Shown one piece after another: positions 45,403 to 57,981 of a stretch of 64,000 nucleotides of DNA. The DNA comes from Dehalococcoidia bacterium (GTDB lineage: Bacteria > Chloroflexota > Dehalococcoidia > Dehalococcoidales > E44-bin46). The notes beneath the pieces are model-generated. The model searched no databases. It saw only the letters and a list, made by a program, of their open reading frames with translations, and was not told the origin of the DNA. The stretch is from positions 254 to 64,253 of the forward strand of contig JAUWIC010000063.1 in NCBI GenBank assembly GCA_030605575.1, given 5' to 3'. The first letter of the stretch is position 1. Each line of letters opens with the position of its first letter. A program made the translations under genes and the position numbers.

Positions 45403-46977
45403 ATGAAGGTTTTAATTGCTGAGCCTATCTCTGATGAGGGAATAGATATTCTGCGTAGCTATGCCCAGGTGGATATTAAGCTAAAGCTAGAGCCAGAGGA
45501 AATCATATCCATAATTGGCGATTATGAGGCACTGGTGGTGCGCAGTCAGACCCGGGTCTCAGCTAAGATGATACAAGCCGGGGAAAAATTACAGGTCATC
45601 GCCCGAGCCGGGGTTAGCGTAGACAACATTGATGTAGAAGAAGCCACCCGACGTGGCATTGTGATAGTTCACGCTCCTACCGGCAACACTATCTCGGCTG
45701 CCGAGCATACCATTGCCCTTATGCTCGCCTTAGCCCGCCACATCCCTCAGGCTAGCGCCACGCTCAAATCTGGGATATGGCGACGAACTGACTTCATGGG
45801 TATCGAGGTCAGAAATAAAACATTAGGTATTATCGGCTTGGGCAACGTGGGGTCAGAGGTAGCCAAACGGGCTCGAGGTCTGGAAATGAAGCTTATCGCC
45901 CACGACCCCTTCATCTCTGTCGACCACGCCCATAACCTGCAGGTAGAGCTGGTTTCTTTAGAGCAGTTACTCCAAGAATCGGACTTTATCACCCTCCACC
46001 TGCCATTAACCAAATCAACCAAGAGACTAATCGGAGCCAAAGAACTATCTTTAGTCAAACCAACAGCTCGTATTATTAACACCGCCCGGGGTGACTTAAT
46101 TGACGAACAGGCTCTAGCCAGGGCAATAAAGGAGAAGAGAGTGGCTGGGGCTGCCATTGATGTCTTCCCTACCGAACCAACTACCCAGAGCGTCCTTTTT
46201 GACAATGATAACGTCATTGTTACCCCCCATTTAGGCGCTTCCACCACTGAAGCCCAGGCTATGGTAGCCAAGGATGTCGCCAACCAGATTATTGCCGTAT
46301 TTAAAGGACAGCCAGCCAGATATTCGGTTAATGCTCCCTTTGTCGCGGCTGAAACTCTGCCGATACTGGCACCCTTCATAAAGTTGGCGGCCATAGCTGG
46401 TAAACTGGTCAGCCAACTGGCTGAGGGGCAAATGAATGCCATCCAGATTAGATATGAGGGTGAGATTTCTAATTATGACACTAATGCTCTCAAGGCATCG
46501 GTCCTGGGCGGATTACTTGAGGAGATAAGTGAAGAACGAATTAACCTGGTCAATGCTAATATAGTGGCGGCTCGGCGTGGTCTAACCGTGGTGGAACAGA
46601 AGGAAGCTACCTGTGAAAACTATGCCAGCCTGATTACTATCCAGGCCACCACCAGCGCCGGGGTTACTATTGTGGCCGGAACGGTAATACGTGGGGAATC
46701 ACACATTGTCCGGGTTAATAACTACTGGCTTGATATTGTGCCCACCGGGGGTTACTTCCTGTTCAGTGACCACCGAGACCGTCCCGGTCTCATCAGCGCT
46801 GTAAGCAAGGTAACCGGTGATGCCGATGTCAATATCAGTTCCATGCATGTTGGCCGCCTTAAGCCCAGGGGTCAAGCCCTAATGGTATTAGCCCTAGATG
46901 AACCCCTGTTGGAAGAGCACCTCCGGCAAATACTCTCCATCCCCGATGTCTACACCGCCAAACTGATAAAGCTGTAG
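45403..46977 (+). CDS. serA: D-3-phosphoglycerate dehydrogenase (long form with ASB and ACT domains)
   Basis: It has the NAD motif GLGNVGSEVAKRA, the catalytic ARGDLID...TPHLGAST, and a C-terminal ACT-like region. Confidence 0.9.
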   Translation: MKVLIAEPISDEGIDILRSYAQVDIKLKLEPEEIISIIGDYEALVVRSQTRVSAKMIQAGEKLQVIARAGVSVDNIDVEEATRRGIVIVHAPTGNTISAAEHTIALMLALARHIPQASATLKSGIWRRTDFMGIEVRNKTLGIIGLGNVGSEVAKRARGLEMKLIAHDPFISVDHAHNLQVELVSLEQLLQESDFITLHLPLTKSTKRLIGAKELSLVKPTARIINTARGDLIDEQALARAIKEKRVAGAAIDVFPTEPTTQSVLFDNDNVIVTPHLGASTTEAQAMVAKDVANQIIAVFKGQPARYSVNAPFVAAETLPILAPFIKLAAIAGKLVSQLAEGQMNAIQIRYEGEISNYDTNALKASVLGGLLEEISEERINLVNANIVAARRGLTVVEQKEATCENYASLITIQATTSAGVTIVAGTVIRGESHIVRVNNYWLDIVPTGGYFLFSDHRDRPGLISAVSKVTGDADVNISSMHVGRLKPRGQALMVLALDEPLLEEHLRQILSIPDVYTAKLIKL

Positions 46978-46995
46978 TGGGAAGGTTAGAGCCAC

Positions 46996-48312
46996 TTACA
47001 CTAACCGATGGAAAACCAATCCAGCTGGTACTTTGGGGTAAAAGTAGGTTGATTTCCTGGGCATCCTGTCACCGACATCAGCAATGGCTTTAACCACTTC
47101 TGCCTTAACCGGACTTAATAGAAAGGCTAGCTGGTATTCCCGGTTTAATACCCTGTTTACCGCATCCAGCTTATCATAACTATAGTCAAGAAATGCTTCC
47201 TCTCTACCGCCGCTCAGCCCCAGCAACTTCTCCAGTATAATATGGTCAAGAATACTAACATCTAATCTCTTATATAGCTCACCGTGAAAGTAAGGCATCA
47301 TCTGGCTGGTAGCGGCGAAGTCGCGCAACCGTAGTAAATAAAGGTGCTCCGGGGCTAAGCCAAAAAGGATTAAACTAACCTGGTCTGTATCCTGCCCAGC
47401 CAGTAAATCGTCAACCTCCTGCCAGATACCGGGCATACTTAGGGGCAACTCTTCCACCTCAAAGAACGACCTCAACTTAGCCGGCAGCTCATTCAAGCTT
47501 TCTTTGGACATACCACGAACCAGCCGGTGGGGCGGTAGAATAATAAGCCCCGGGTCGGCAAAGCTTACCAGCGTCATCATCACAAAATTAAACCCCTCAT
47601 CCCCTGATACTAATGAGGAACAGACCTGTCTTTCCCGCTGATGGGTAAGAGCACTCTCATAGCGGTGATGCCCATCAGCAATATAAAGCGGCTGGTGAGC
47701 CAGGTTAGCGCCTATCTGGTTTATAACCTCAGGCTCAGTGATAGACCAAATACGGTGACTCTCTCCGTTAGCCGTGCTCAGACTAATTATCGGCTGGCCT
47801 GGCTCCTCCCGAGCCAACAACGAGGAGATGCGCTTTCCCTGGTCTTCATACAGAGCTAGAATTGGGCTAGTATTGGTTTGGAGCGCCCATAATAGGCTCA
47901 GGCGGTCATTCCCGGGCTCGACTAACGTGCCTTCATGGGGGCGAATCACCATCTCATCCCATTCCTCCAGCCTAACGCAGACGATTATGCCCCGGCGTCT
48001 ATATTGCTTTTCCTGGTGCTTAAAATAGTGGTCGTGGAGATAAATGGCTGGCGCCTCATCAATCTTAAGCACACCCAGCTTCAGCCACTCTTCCAGAGTA
48101 GCTGCGGAACGAGTGTACCTGTTGTCTACAATTGTATCCTGCGGTAACTGCCGGCCGTGCTCCAATCGGACAAAGTTATACTCACTTTGATGATAAAGCT
48201 CTGGCTCTACCTGTGGGGTAATAATGTCATAAGGGGGACAGATAACCGATGACAGGTCGGTAACTAACTGTTGATTATAACGCACACCCTGAAAGGGGCG
48301 AACCTCAGCCAT
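46996..48312 (-). CDS. DUF1015-family protein
   Basis: The N-terminus MAEVRPFQGVRY and the HRYESAL region fit DUF1015 as I recall it. Confidence 0.7.
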   Translation of the reverse strand: MAEVRPFQGVRYNQQLVTDLSSVICPPYDIITPQVEPELYHQSEYNFVRLEHGRQLPQDTIVDNRYTRSAATLEEWLKLGVLKIDEAPAIYLHDHYFKHQEKQYRRRGIIVCVRLEEWDEMVIRPHEGTLVEPGNDRLSLLWALQTNTSPILALYEDQGKRISSLLAREEPGQPIISLSTANGESHRIWSITEPEVINQIGANLAHQPLYIADGHHRYESALTHQRERQVCSSLVSGDEGFNFVMMTLVSFADPGLIILPPHRLVRGMSKESLNELPAKLRSFFEVEELPLSMPGIWQEVDDLLAGQDTDQVSLILFGLAPEHLYLLRLRDFAATSQMMPYFHGELYKRLDVSILDHIILEKLLGLSGGREEAFLDYSYDKLDAVNRVLNREYQLAFLLSPVKAEVVKAIADVGDRMPRKSTYFYPKVPAGLVFHRLV

Positions 48313-48439
48313 GCTTACCTAATCCTTTTCTAATTGAATCCAGGGCAAGGTGATTCTTAATCACCCTAGTTTACTGTATGCCGCCGATAAGGCGCAAGTG
48401 AGCAACAATGGGATTATGTGTTATAATTTCTAAAAATAG

Positions 48440-50473
<2,034 letters not shown>

Positions 50474-50490
50474 AATTTATCAAGGGTAGA

Positions 50491-50568
50491 TTGAAGGGGC
50501 TTCGCCCCTTCAAATCCTATACTCCCCCTCTCCTTTGAATGAGAGGGGGATACAGGGGGTGAGGTAGG
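50491..50568. repeat. Intergenic GC-hairpin repeat unit (same family as 41597-41850)
   Basis: TTGAAGGGGCTTCGCCCCTTCAA and CCCCCTCTCCTT-TGAA-TGAGAGGGGG are followed by ATACAGGGGGTGAGGTAGG. The unit lies between ligA and pth. Confidence 0.65.
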
Positions 50569-50579
50569 AAGTAGTCTTA

Positions 50580-51158
50580 ATGAAATTAATTGTAGGACTA
50601 GGTAATCCGGGGCGAGGTTACGCCCACAACCGCCATAATGTAGGATTTGTCTGCCTTAACCATTTTGCCAGGACACAGGGCATCCGATTTGATAGAAAGC
50701 AGGGAAAAGCCCGAGTTGGCACCGGCAAGGTAGCTGGCAACAAAGTGCTCTTAGCCAGACCCCAGACCTACATGAACCTAAGCGGTCAGTCAGTTAGCCG
50801 ACTGATGAAGAAATTTAATATCAACCTCAATGACCTTCTAGTTATCCATGATGACCTTGACCTCCCCCTGGGCAAAATTCGCCTCCGCCACGGTAGTAGC
50901 TCTGGCGGACACAAAGGGATTGACTCTATCATCTCTTGCCTGGGAAGCCAGGATTTCACTCGGCTTCGGGTAGGTATTGGACGACCAACTACCGAAGGCT
51001 TGGCTCCAACCAGCGAGGCTGATATTGTGGCTTATGTACTTAGTAATCTCACCCCCGAAGAAAAACAGATTATAGCCCAAGTCATACCCAGGGCGAGTGA
51101 AGCTATTTATTGCCTCCTCAGCCAAGGGCTAGTGGCAGCTATGAACAAATATAACTAG
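50580..51158 (+). CDS. pth: Peptidyl-tRNA hydrolase
   Basis: It shows LIVGLGNPG..Y..NRHNVGF and HDDLDLPLGKIRL. Confidence 0.9.
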   Translation: MKLIVGLGNPGRGYAHNRHNVGFVCLNHFARTQGIRFDRKQGKARVGTGKVAGNKVLLARPQTYMNLSGQSVSRLMKKFNINLNDLLVIHDDLDLPLGKIRLRHGSSSGGHKGIDSIISCLGSQDFTRLRVGIGRPTTEGLAPTSEADIVAYVLSNLTPEEKQIIAQVIPRASEAIYCLLSQGLVAAMNKYN

Positions 51159-51164
51159 AATTTA

Positions 51165-51433
51165 TTAACCTCACCCCCTTTATGCACCCTAAAAAATCTT
51201 TGATTTTTCAGGGAACCCGCTTTATCCCCCTCTCCTTAAAAGGAGAGGGGGAATGATTATTTTAATGAAGGGGCGTTAGCCCCTTCAAACTACCCCAAAT
51301 AAGTGCCCTTTATTTGAGGATGAAGAATAATTCTAGATATGTAAGCGGGAGTTTTAGAGGGGCATAGCCCCTCTAAAACATTCTCTTCCCCTTCCCCTTA
51401 AGAAGGGGAAGGGGATACAGGGGATAGGGTTAC
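51165..51433. repeat. Composite intergenic repeat element (two inverted units of the GC-hairpin family)
   Basis: The left end is TTAACCTCACCCCC and the right end is GGGATAGGGTTAC. Hairpins are CCCCCTCTCCTT-AAAA-GGAGAGGGGG, GAAGGGGCGTTAGCCCCTTC, AGAGGGGCATAGCCCCTCT and CCCCTTCCCCTT-AAG-AAGGGGAAGGGG. Confidence 0.65.
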
Positions 51434-51524
51434 TATATAATCTTATAACCAGTTAATTGCTAGAATTTAAGCTTAGGTGCTATAATCTATAATCCATATA
51501 CCATCTAAAAGAGAGGTTGGTGGA

Positions 51525-52007
51525 GTGATAAGTAACCAGAAATTTATTGCTGTTATTGGTGGTAGTCAACCTTCGTCAGAGGAAGCCCGGTTGGCTAAGG
51601 AGGTAGGTCGTGGGCTAGCCAAACAAGGGGCTATCTTGGTCTGCGGCGGCTTGGGCGGGGTGATGGAGGCAGCCTGTAAAGGCGCCAGTTCTGAGGGCGG
51701 GGTAACCATCGGCATTCTCCCCGGGGATAACCGTCAGGCGGCTAACCCCTATGTTCAAATTCCCATCGTTACCGGGATAGGCTACGCCAGAAATGTGGCT
51801 GTGGTTAAATCAGCCCAAGCCGTTATCGCCATTGGCGGCAACTATGGTACCCTTTCTGAAATAAGCCACGCTTTGCAAAGCGGCATCCCGGTTATCGGTT
51901 TAAATACCTGGGCACTATCCAGAAATAGCCAGCAGGATAATTCAATTATCACAGCTCAAAGCCCTGCTGAGGCAGTAAATAAAGCCCTTAACTTAGCTAT
52001 AAACTAA
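51525..52007 (+). CDS. TIGR00725/LOG-like Rossmann-fold protein
   Basis: It shows VCGGLGGVMEAACKGA and GVTIGILPG, with a GTG start. Confidence 0.65.
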   Translation: MISNQKFIAVIGGSQPSSEEARLAKEVGRGLAKQGAILVCGGLGGVMEAACKGASSEGGVTIGILPGDNRQAANPYVQIPIVTGIGYARNVAVVKSAQAVIAIGGNYGTLSEISHALQSGIPVIGLNTWALSRNSQQDNSIITAQSPAEAVNKALNLAIN

Positions 52008-52010
52008 TAA

Positions 52011-54334
<2,324 letters not shown>

Positions 54335-54365
54335 CCAATACCATACCCCGAGCACCGGTATAAGT

Positions 54366-54395
54366 TTGACATCCTCACACGGATTTGATTAAAAT
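54366..54395 (+). promoter_or_regulatory. Sigma70-like promoter TTGACAT-N17-TAAAAT for tubulin-like paralog 1
   Basis: TTGACA lies at 54366-54371 and TAAAAT at 54390-54395. The architecture matches the one at 57924-57953. Confidence 0.4.
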
Positions 54396-54425
54396 AACAA
54401 AGCTGAGTTAATACCGAAGGGTAAA

Positions 54426-55589
54426 ATGAAATTACTGGTTATAGGTTTTGGGCAATGTGGCGGCAGGGTTGCCGATGAGTTCATCCGGCTAGGTATAAGG
54501 GCACGCGTTGAGCGTGGGATTAATATAATTACCGGCGTCTTCGCTGTTAACACCGATGTTGCCGATTTAAGCGGGCTACTCACCATAAGGCCTGATTACC
54601 AGCATAGAATACTCATCGGGGGTCAAAAGACCGGTGGTCGTGGTGTCGGCAAAATTAACGAGCTGGGTGCCGAGATAGCCAGAGAAGATAGCGACAAGAT
54701 TATAGATGCCATCAAGACAACAGAACGACTCGCTGAGACAGACGCTTTCTTATTGATCGCTGGTGCTGCTGGTGGCACTGGCTCAGGGGCAATAGCCGCC
54801 GTAACCCAAAAATTAAAAGAGCGCTATATGGAAAAACCGATATATAACCTTATTATCCTTCCCTTTCAGCACGAGGAGGAAGTAGAGGGAAGGACTATCT
54901 ATAATTCGGCTACCTGCCTTAAATCTGCTTACTTAGTGGCCGATGCCGTAATTCTTATTGATAATCAAAGGTATATTAGTAAGAACCTCTCAATTAGAAG
55001 CAACCTGGCTAAAATCAATGCCTTAATAGCTGAGCCATTTTATAATCTACTTTGCGCCGGTGAAGAAAAAAAGCCCCAATACATTGGGTCAAGGATACTT
55101 GATGGTGGGGATATAATACAGACTCTAGCCGGGTGGACAGTGATAGGCTATAGCAAATCACAAAAAGCACGAATCAAAAACCCCTTTGATTTCAGGGACA
55201 AGATGACTGAAAGCCAAAGGGGAGCTCAAGTAATGGACAATGCCCTAAGCGAGTTATCACTCCAGTGCAACCCCAAGGATGCAGGCAGAGGACTATATCT
55301 CCTGTCGGCATCACCTAAGGAAATGGATATGAACCTGGTTAGAGACCTCGGAGCCCATCTGAAGCGTATAGCTCCCGAGGCTATAATAAGGACTGGCGAT
55401 TACCCCAGGGGGGATAGCGCAATCCATGTTACTGTAATCCTCTCTGAGCTTAGCGGTGTGAGTAAAATTGTAAACTACTTCACCCAAACGATTGAACTCG
55501 TCACCGCTCTTAAAAAGAAAAGGCAAGGAATAGAGGTCGAACATAGAGACCTTGGGGAAGCCTTTAAAGATATACCCTCGTTACTATAA
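54426..55589 (+). CDS. Tubulin/FtsZ-superfamily GTPase, CetZ-like (paralog 1)
   Basis: It shows MKLLVIGFGQCGGRVADEF (T1), GRGVGKINELGAEIA, DAFLLIAGAAGGTGSGA (T4 signature), ILIDNQRY, LDGGDIIQTLAG (T7-like) and RTGDYPRG. The C-terminal tail is DIPSLL. Confidence 0.85.
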   Translation: MKLLVIGFGQCGGRVADEFIRLGIRARVERGINIITGVFAVNTDVADLSGLLTIRPDYQHRILIGGQKTGGRGVGKINELGAEIAREDSDKIIDAIKTTERLAETDAFLLIAGAAGGTGSGAIAAVTQKLKERYMEKPIYNLIILPFQHEEEVEGRTIYNSATCLKSAYLVADAVILIDNQRYISKNLSIRSNLAKINALIAEPFYNLLCAGEEKKPQYIGSRILDGGDIIQTLAGWTVIGYSKSQKARIKNPFDFRDKMTESQRGAQVMDNALSELSLQCNPKDAGRGLYLLSASPKEMDMNLVRDLGAHLKRIAPEAIIRTGDYPRGDSAIHVTVILSELSGVSKIVNYFTQTIELVTALKKKRQGIEVEHRDLGEAFKDIPSLL

Positions 55590-55663
55590 TTAATCAAATA
55601 AGCTAGTCAGAAACAACGTTTCAGTCTCTTAGACTCGGTGTCTTATCCCGTCTCCTCAGCTAC

Positions 55664-57799
55664 CTATCCGTCTTCCGTCTTTCCCTTTATCTTGGCTTGT
55701 TTATTTTTGGGGGTTTCTTCTCCGGTCTCCTCGACTTGTTTGGCTTTATTAGCCGCATACATTCTGGCTAGAAACTCCAAACGGGATTTAACTTCCCCAC
55801 CTGTTTCCTTAGCCCGGCTTATCGCTTCCTCAGCAACCTCCTCAGCCAACTCACCTGTTTCCTCAGCGTGGCTTATTGCTTCCTCAACCGCCTCCTCAAC
55901 CACTTTACGTGTTCCTTCAGCCTGGCTTATCGCCAACTCAAATGCTCTTATTGATGACTCAGCTGCCGCCTTGGCTGCTTTTCTCGCCGCCTCAGCCGCC
56001 GCCTTGGCCTCCCTTTTAGCCGCTTCAGCCGCCTCCTTAGACTCTTTACCTACTGCCTCAGCGCTGGCTATCGCTTCCTGAGATACTCTGGTGGCTTCCT
56101 CAACCGCTTTCTGAGATTCCTTTATCGCCGTCTCAGTAACCTCCTTAGCCGACTTACCTGTCTCCTCCACCCGGCTTACCGCTTCCTGATATACTCTGCT
56201 GGCTTCCTCAACCGCCTCCCGAATCTCCTGGCTTATTTCCTCAGCCCTGGCTATCGCTGCCTGCGAAGCCTGCCTTATCGACTCAGCAGCCTTCTTTGAC
56301 TCCTCACGCACTCCCTCAGCACCAACTACAGCCTTCTCAAAGGTTCCAGCCGCCGTCTCAACGGTCTCTTGAGACCATTTAGTTGTTTCTTCCGCCCGGA
56401 TTATCGCCCTATCAAGGGTCTTGGTTAATGCCGCCGTGGACTCTTCAAGTGCCTCACTTATCTTCTCAGCCCTCTCCACCGCTTGCCGAGAGGCTTTAGC
56501 TGCCTCCCCGGCGGCCTTCTTAGCTGATTTGCTTATCTCTTGCACCCTGGATGCCGCTTCCTGAGATACCATTCTGGCTTCCTCAGCCATCTCCCTAGAT
56601 TCTTTAGCTACTGCCTCAGCCCTAGCCATCGCTTCCTGAGACACTCTGGTGGCTTCCTCAACCGCCTCCTCAACCACTTTACGTGTTCCTCCAGCCTGGC
56701 TTATCGCCGACTCAAACGCTCCTATCGCCGCCTCAGCTGCCGCCCTGGCCTCCCTTTTAACCGCTTCAGCCGCCTCCTTAGACTCTTTAGCTACTGCCTC
56801 AGCCCTGGCTATCGCTTCATGAGACACTCTGGTGGCTTCCTCAACCACCTTCTGAGATTCATTTATCGCCGCCTCAGTAACCTCCTTAGTCGACTTACCT
56901 GTCTCCTCCACCGTCCTTACCGCTTCCTGAGACATCTTAGTCGCCGCCTTAACTGCCTCCCGAATCTCCCGGCTTATTTCCTCAGCCCTGGCTGCCGCTG
57001 CCTGCGAAGCCTGCCTCACCGACTCAGCAGCCTTCTTTGACTCCTCACGCACTCCCTCAGCACCGACTATAGCCTCCTCAAAGGTCCCAACCGCCGTCTC
57101 AACGGTCTCTCTAGACCATTTAGCTGTTTCTTCCGCCTGGGTTATCACCCTATCAAAGGTCTTGGCTGATGCCGCAATGGACTCCTCAAGTACCTTGCTT
57201 ATCTTGTTAGCCCTTTCCACTGCTTTCCGAGAGGCTTTGGTTGCCTCCTCAGCGGCTTTCTTAGCTGATTTGCTCATCTCTTGCACCCTGGATGCCGCTT
57301 CCTGAGATACTCTTTTAGCTTCCTCAGCCATCTCCTCAGCCAATGTGCCTGTTTTCTCAGCCCGTCTTACCGCGGCCGCAGACTCCTTTATTGACGCCGC
57401 CGCAGCTTCCTTAACCGCCTTGACCGTCTTCTCAGTTTTAGCCGCCGATTCTTCAAAGGTTCGGGTTAAAACCTCAATCGCTTCCTTAGCCCGCCTGACT
57501 GCTTCCTCAGCTCTGGCTATCGCCTCCCCAGATGCCCTTGATGATGCTTCAGCAAGCTCCTTAGCCTCCTTGCTTACTTTCTCAGCCTTGCCCACCGCCT
57601 TCTGAGAGGCTTTTTGGGCTTGCTCTGCCACTTTCCTGGCTGACTTACCTATTCCCTCAGCCCTGGCTATTGCTTCTTGAGCTGCGCTTTTTGATGCCTC
57701 AGCTGCTCCCTTGGCTGACTTACTTAGTATCTCAGCCCTAGCTGCTGCTTCCTCAACCGCCTCAGTATCGTTTTCCATAGCTCTTAATAACCCTCCCAT
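55664..57799 (-). CDS. 711-aa Ala/Glu/Lys/Ser-rich all-helical repeat protein (about 28 x 25-residue repeats); function unknown
   Basis: This is a long uninterrupted ORF. An xRAE-type triplet recurs every 25 residues. I saw no signal peptide or TM segment, and the C-terminus is basic. The opposite-strand ORFs are shadows of it. Confidence 0.8.
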   Translation of the reverse strand: MGGLLRAMENDTEAVEEAAARAEILSKSAKGAAEASKSAAQEAIARAEGIGKSARKVAEQAQKASQKAVGKAEKVSKEAKELAEASSRASGEAIARAEEAVRRAKEAIEVLTRTFEESAAKTEKTVKAVKEAAAASIKESAAAVRRAEKTGTLAEEMAEEAKRVSQEAASRVQEMSKSAKKAAEEATKASRKAVERANKISKVLEESIAASAKTFDRVITQAEETAKWSRETVETAVGTFEEAIVGAEGVREESKKAAESVRQASQAAAARAEEISREIREAVKAATKMSQEAVRTVEETGKSTKEVTEAAINESQKVVEEATRVSHEAIARAEAVAKESKEAAEAVKREARAAAEAAIGAFESAISQAGGTRKVVEEAVEEATRVSQEAMARAEAVAKESREMAEEARMVSQEAASRVQEISKSAKKAAGEAAKASRQAVERAEKISEALEESTAALTKTLDRAIIRAEETTKWSQETVETAAGTFEKAVVGAEGVREESKKAAESIRQASQAAIARAEEISQEIREAVEEASRVYQEAVSRVEETGKSAKEVTETAIKESQKAVEEATRVSQEAIASAEAVGKESKEAAEAAKREAKAAAEAARKAAKAAAESSIRAFELAISQAEGTRKVVEEAVEEAISHAEETGELAEEVAEEAISRAKETGGEVKSRLEFLARMYAANKAKQVEETGEETPKNKQAKIKGKTEDG
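55880..57336. repeat. Intragenic tandem duplication (two ~0.7-kb copies) superimposed on a 75-bp periodicity
   Basis: TAGCTGATTTGCT(T/C)ATCTCTTGCACCCTGGATGCCGCTTCCTGAGATAC occurs at 56521 and 57262, an offset of 741 bp. One copy carries a 33-bp indel. The CTCAGCC-type motif recurs at about 56240, 56315, 56390, 56465, 56539, 56615 and 56689. Confidence 0.85.
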
Positions 57800-57858
57800 A
57801 CTTTAAAAATCTTATTTAGCCTCCCAACTAAAAGTTTAACATTCTGGCCGTATCTTCT

Positions 57859-57887
57859 ATTTTATGATAGGCTATTTAGTTTTGCAA
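57859..57887 (-). promoter_or_regulatory. Sigma70-like promoter TTGCAA-N17-TAAAAT for the repeat-protein gene
   Basis: Read on the minus strand, TTGCAA lies at 57887-57882 and TAAAAT at 57864-57859. Confidence 0.35.
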
Positions 57888-57923
57888 TACAAACCCGGTT
57901 AAAGATAAAAAAATATATAGTAA

Positions 57924-57953
57924 TTGACATTATTCTATAAATATGCCTAAAAT
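57924..57953 (+). promoter_or_regulatory. Sigma70-like promoter TTGACAT-N17-TAAAAT for tubulin-like paralog 2
   Basis: TTGACA lies at 57924-57929 and TAAAAT at 57948-57953, within an AT-rich 182-bp divergent region. Confidence 0.4.
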
Positions 57954-57981
57954 AATGAAATTCTTAATAATGGGGTGAGAA

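Noticed and set aside
45747-46442. A 231-aa minus-strand ORF inside serA. The 161-aa ORF at 10661-11146 opposite the SDR gene is rejected on the same grounds.
   Set aside because: Both are shadow frames opposite genes with unambiguous motifs, and their composition is low in complexity.
55638-57605. Three + strand ORFs (147, 166 and 86 aa) inside the repeat-protein locus.
   Set aside because: They are mirror frames of the repetitive GCC/GCT/CTC-rich DNA and translate as poly-Ser/Ala/Leu. Only the minus strand gives one uninterrupted 711-codon frame with a regular 25-residue repeat.
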